IMG/VR virus record: IMGVR_UViG_3300029121_000001
DNA from: a virus
DNA length: 64,000 bases
Reading direction: 5' to 3' (one strand)
The notes under the pieces were generated by a model. That model ran no database searches. It was not told where the DNA came from and was given only the letters and a program-made list of their open reading frames with translations. Shown piece after piece: positions 62,221 to 64,000 of this stretch. The stretch's first letter is position 1, and the number at the start of each line of letters is the position of its first letter. A program made the translations under genes and the position numbers.

Positions 62221-64000
62221 ACAGTTGACTATCGTCGTAAGGAATTCCTGCTATATCTTTAATAGATCTATCGAGTTCTACCATAAGTTTAGAAGTTGCT
62301 GCAAATAGAGGAATAGAACATGTCATACGTCCAGAGATAGAACTTAGAGACATGAAACTGTCAATATGCTCATTGGGTCTGAAAGATGTATAAGGTTCTT
62401 GATCCTTAGGAATAATCTTTTTAATAATACCCTTATTTGCAGAATAGAACGTAATCTTATCACCGGCAGACATAGTATCTTTATGCTTAATATAATAAAC
62501 AACAAGAACTGCGTCATCGATATTTTTAGTTTTACCAACTTCAGGAACTTTACCAGTTTTAGGCAGAATAGCAGAATCGATATTGTATTTGTCGTATACC
62601 TTCTTAGTGGCTTTGACTTTCTTTTCATAAGTACCAACAAACTTACGAAGAGATTCAGACATTTCATCTTCACTACAAGTGCGATAAATCTGAATATCAC
62701 AGACAATTCCGGTATACTTAGATTTAACAGGGTTACGACCTAGTTCAGAAATTTCACCAGCATCCATTGCTAGGTTCTTAAGAAGAGTATTCATCGCTTC
62801 GTCATCAAAGTCAGCTTGATAAGTAAATAGAGTATCACCCTCAATAACATGATCACCGATCATTTTATAGACAGCAATATTAGATCCTTTTTCAAGCTTA
62901 GTTTCAATGCCTTGAATAACATCAGTACCCATCTTATTAGCAAAAGATTCTGTAATCATAGCAGAGTCTTCAAATCCTTCATCTGTATTAATAATAGCAA
63001 CTTTTGCAAGTGTGCCCATATTAGCAGCAAGATTACCAGATTCACCAAGAGATTTAGAGAAAGATAGTTTATCATATGCAATAACTTGACCAGCCTTAAA
63101 AGATTTACCTTCTGCAAGATCTGTATCAAGTTTCATAGGTACATAATAACCACCATCAGAGTTTTTCTTAACCTCTTCGCAGAGGTCAATATACTCATGC
63201 TTGCCACTCTTATATTCGACAACCATGTAATTTTTCTTACCAAATCCCTCTTGAACAAGTTCTACAATTTTACCATCTTCTTTTGCTTTATAAGCAAAGA
63301 TGTCAGAGGTAAGATAAGGTAGAGCTTCATCTGCACCAGTAGTAATAAGCGTAGGATCATTATTGTCACAACGAATCATATGCTTAGAAGTCTGGACATA
63401 TGTCATTAGAGATCTAGGAGGATCATCATGGGTTGTTCCAAGAGGAGTAACAGCTTCAGTGATAGTAAAGGAAGAAGCAGAAGACAATTTATCAGTATTG
63501 CCATCAATTGTTTTAACAAATCCTCTACCACCTTCAATATTAGCATTAACAGTTGCCTGACGATTAATACCAACGTTACCAGAGAATCCAGTATCCATAC
63601 CAAGGACATTTAGCATGGAATCGTCATACCCACGTGTAGCAATAGTATAACCACGAGCAACATTCATACCAACTAGACCTTTGTTAGTAACAGAGTTTGC
63701 ACACTCGACGTCATTAAGAGCATTATTAACAGAAAGGTCAGAAGTAGCAGGATCTTTAGAAACAATTAGATCAATAACAGCAGATTGTTTAATTGTCATC
63801 TTAGTTCTCTTACGAGTATGACGATTCTGGTTAGCATAATCTTGATAAGAAGTAGTAAGAGCTTTGTAGAAATAGCCAGCAATAAGCTCTTTACGACGCC
63901 ATCTACGACCTCCTTGATCAATATGACGTACATACTTATTATCTGCAAGCATATTACTTGCATGAATTAGTACACCAACGTAATCACTAGGAAGTTTAAA
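62219..64000 (-). CDS. RNA polymerase beta-like subunit, C-terminal part (5'-truncated by the window edge)
   Basis: Frame is open to position 64000 (..FKLPSDYVGVLIHASNMLADNKY..). GDKITFYSANKGIIKKIIPKDQEPY parallels bacterial beta GDKMAGRHGNKGVISKI.P.EDMPY. A hybrid-barrel-like GDTLFTYQ block is also present. Confidence 0.75.
   Translation of the reverse strand, partial: FKLPSDYVGVLIHASNMLADNKYVRHIDQGGRRWRRKELIAGYFYKALTTSYQDYANQNRHTRKRTKMTIKQSAVIDLIVSKDPATSDLSVNNALNDVECANSVTNKGLVGMNVARGYTIATRGYDDSMLNVLGMDTGFSGNVGINRQATVNANIEGGRGFVKTIDGNTDKLSSASSFTITEAVTPLGTTHDDPPRSLMTYVQTSKHMIRCDNNDPTLITTGADEALPYLTSDIFAYKAKEDGKIVELVQEGFGKKNYMVVEYKSGKHEYIDLCEEVKKNSDGGYYVPMKLDTDLAEGKSFKAGQVIAYDKLSFSKSLGESGNLAANMGTLAKVAIINTDEGFEDSAMITESFANKMGTDVIQGIETKLEKGSNIAVYKMIGDHVIEGDTLFTYQADFDDEAMNTLLKNLAMDAGEISELGRNPVKSKYTGIVCDIQIYRTCSEDEMSESLRKFVGTYEKKVKATKKVYDKYNIDSAILPKTGKVPEVGKTKNIDDAVLVVYYIKHKDTMSAGDKITFYSANKGIIKKIIPKDQEPYTSFRPNEHIDSFMSLSSISGRMTCSIPLFAATSKLMVELDRSIKDIAGIPYDDSQL

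Overview
This window looks like part of a large, AT-rich tailed-phage genome of jumbo-phage style. It is almost entirely coding, and most genes are on the minus strand.

Recognisable content:
- A 3164-aa tape-measure-like giant protein with three cell-wall hydrolase domains.
- Two tRNAs (Met-CAU, Leu-UAG).
- Phage-encoded multisubunit RNA polymerase pieces: a beta-prime N-terminal part, and a beta C-terminal part truncated at the window edge.
- dCMP deaminase, a DUF5664/MazZ-like nucleotide pyrophosphohydrolase domain and a RusA-like resolvase.
- A type IIA topoisomerase (GyrA-like and GyrB-like).
- Dda/RecD-like and DnaB-like helicases, an Mre11/gp47-like nuclease and a PD-(D/E)XK nuclease.
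- A tyrosine recombinase, XkdX, Listeria-Bacteroides-repeat fibre/adhesin proteins and an HEXXH metalloprotease.
- Many hypothetical proteins.

Unusual signals:
1. Two loci hold five ORF cassettes with no start codon and no RBS. They include lectin-like receptor-binding modules. Each opens with the same junction sequence, AATAA(A)TCTGACGCTTCT (translated SDAS), and the loci lie near a tyrosine recombinase. This may be a cassette-based tail-fibre diversification system.
2. An ORF-free stretch of about 830 nt sits next to the tRNAs. It is G/C-enriched and hairpin-rich, and is a candidate large structured RNA.
3. ORF-less group I-like introns split the RNAP beta-prime NADFDGD motif and the topoisomerase Toprim DxDxD motif.

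All calls come from reading the sequence and remembered family motifs. No database searches were run.
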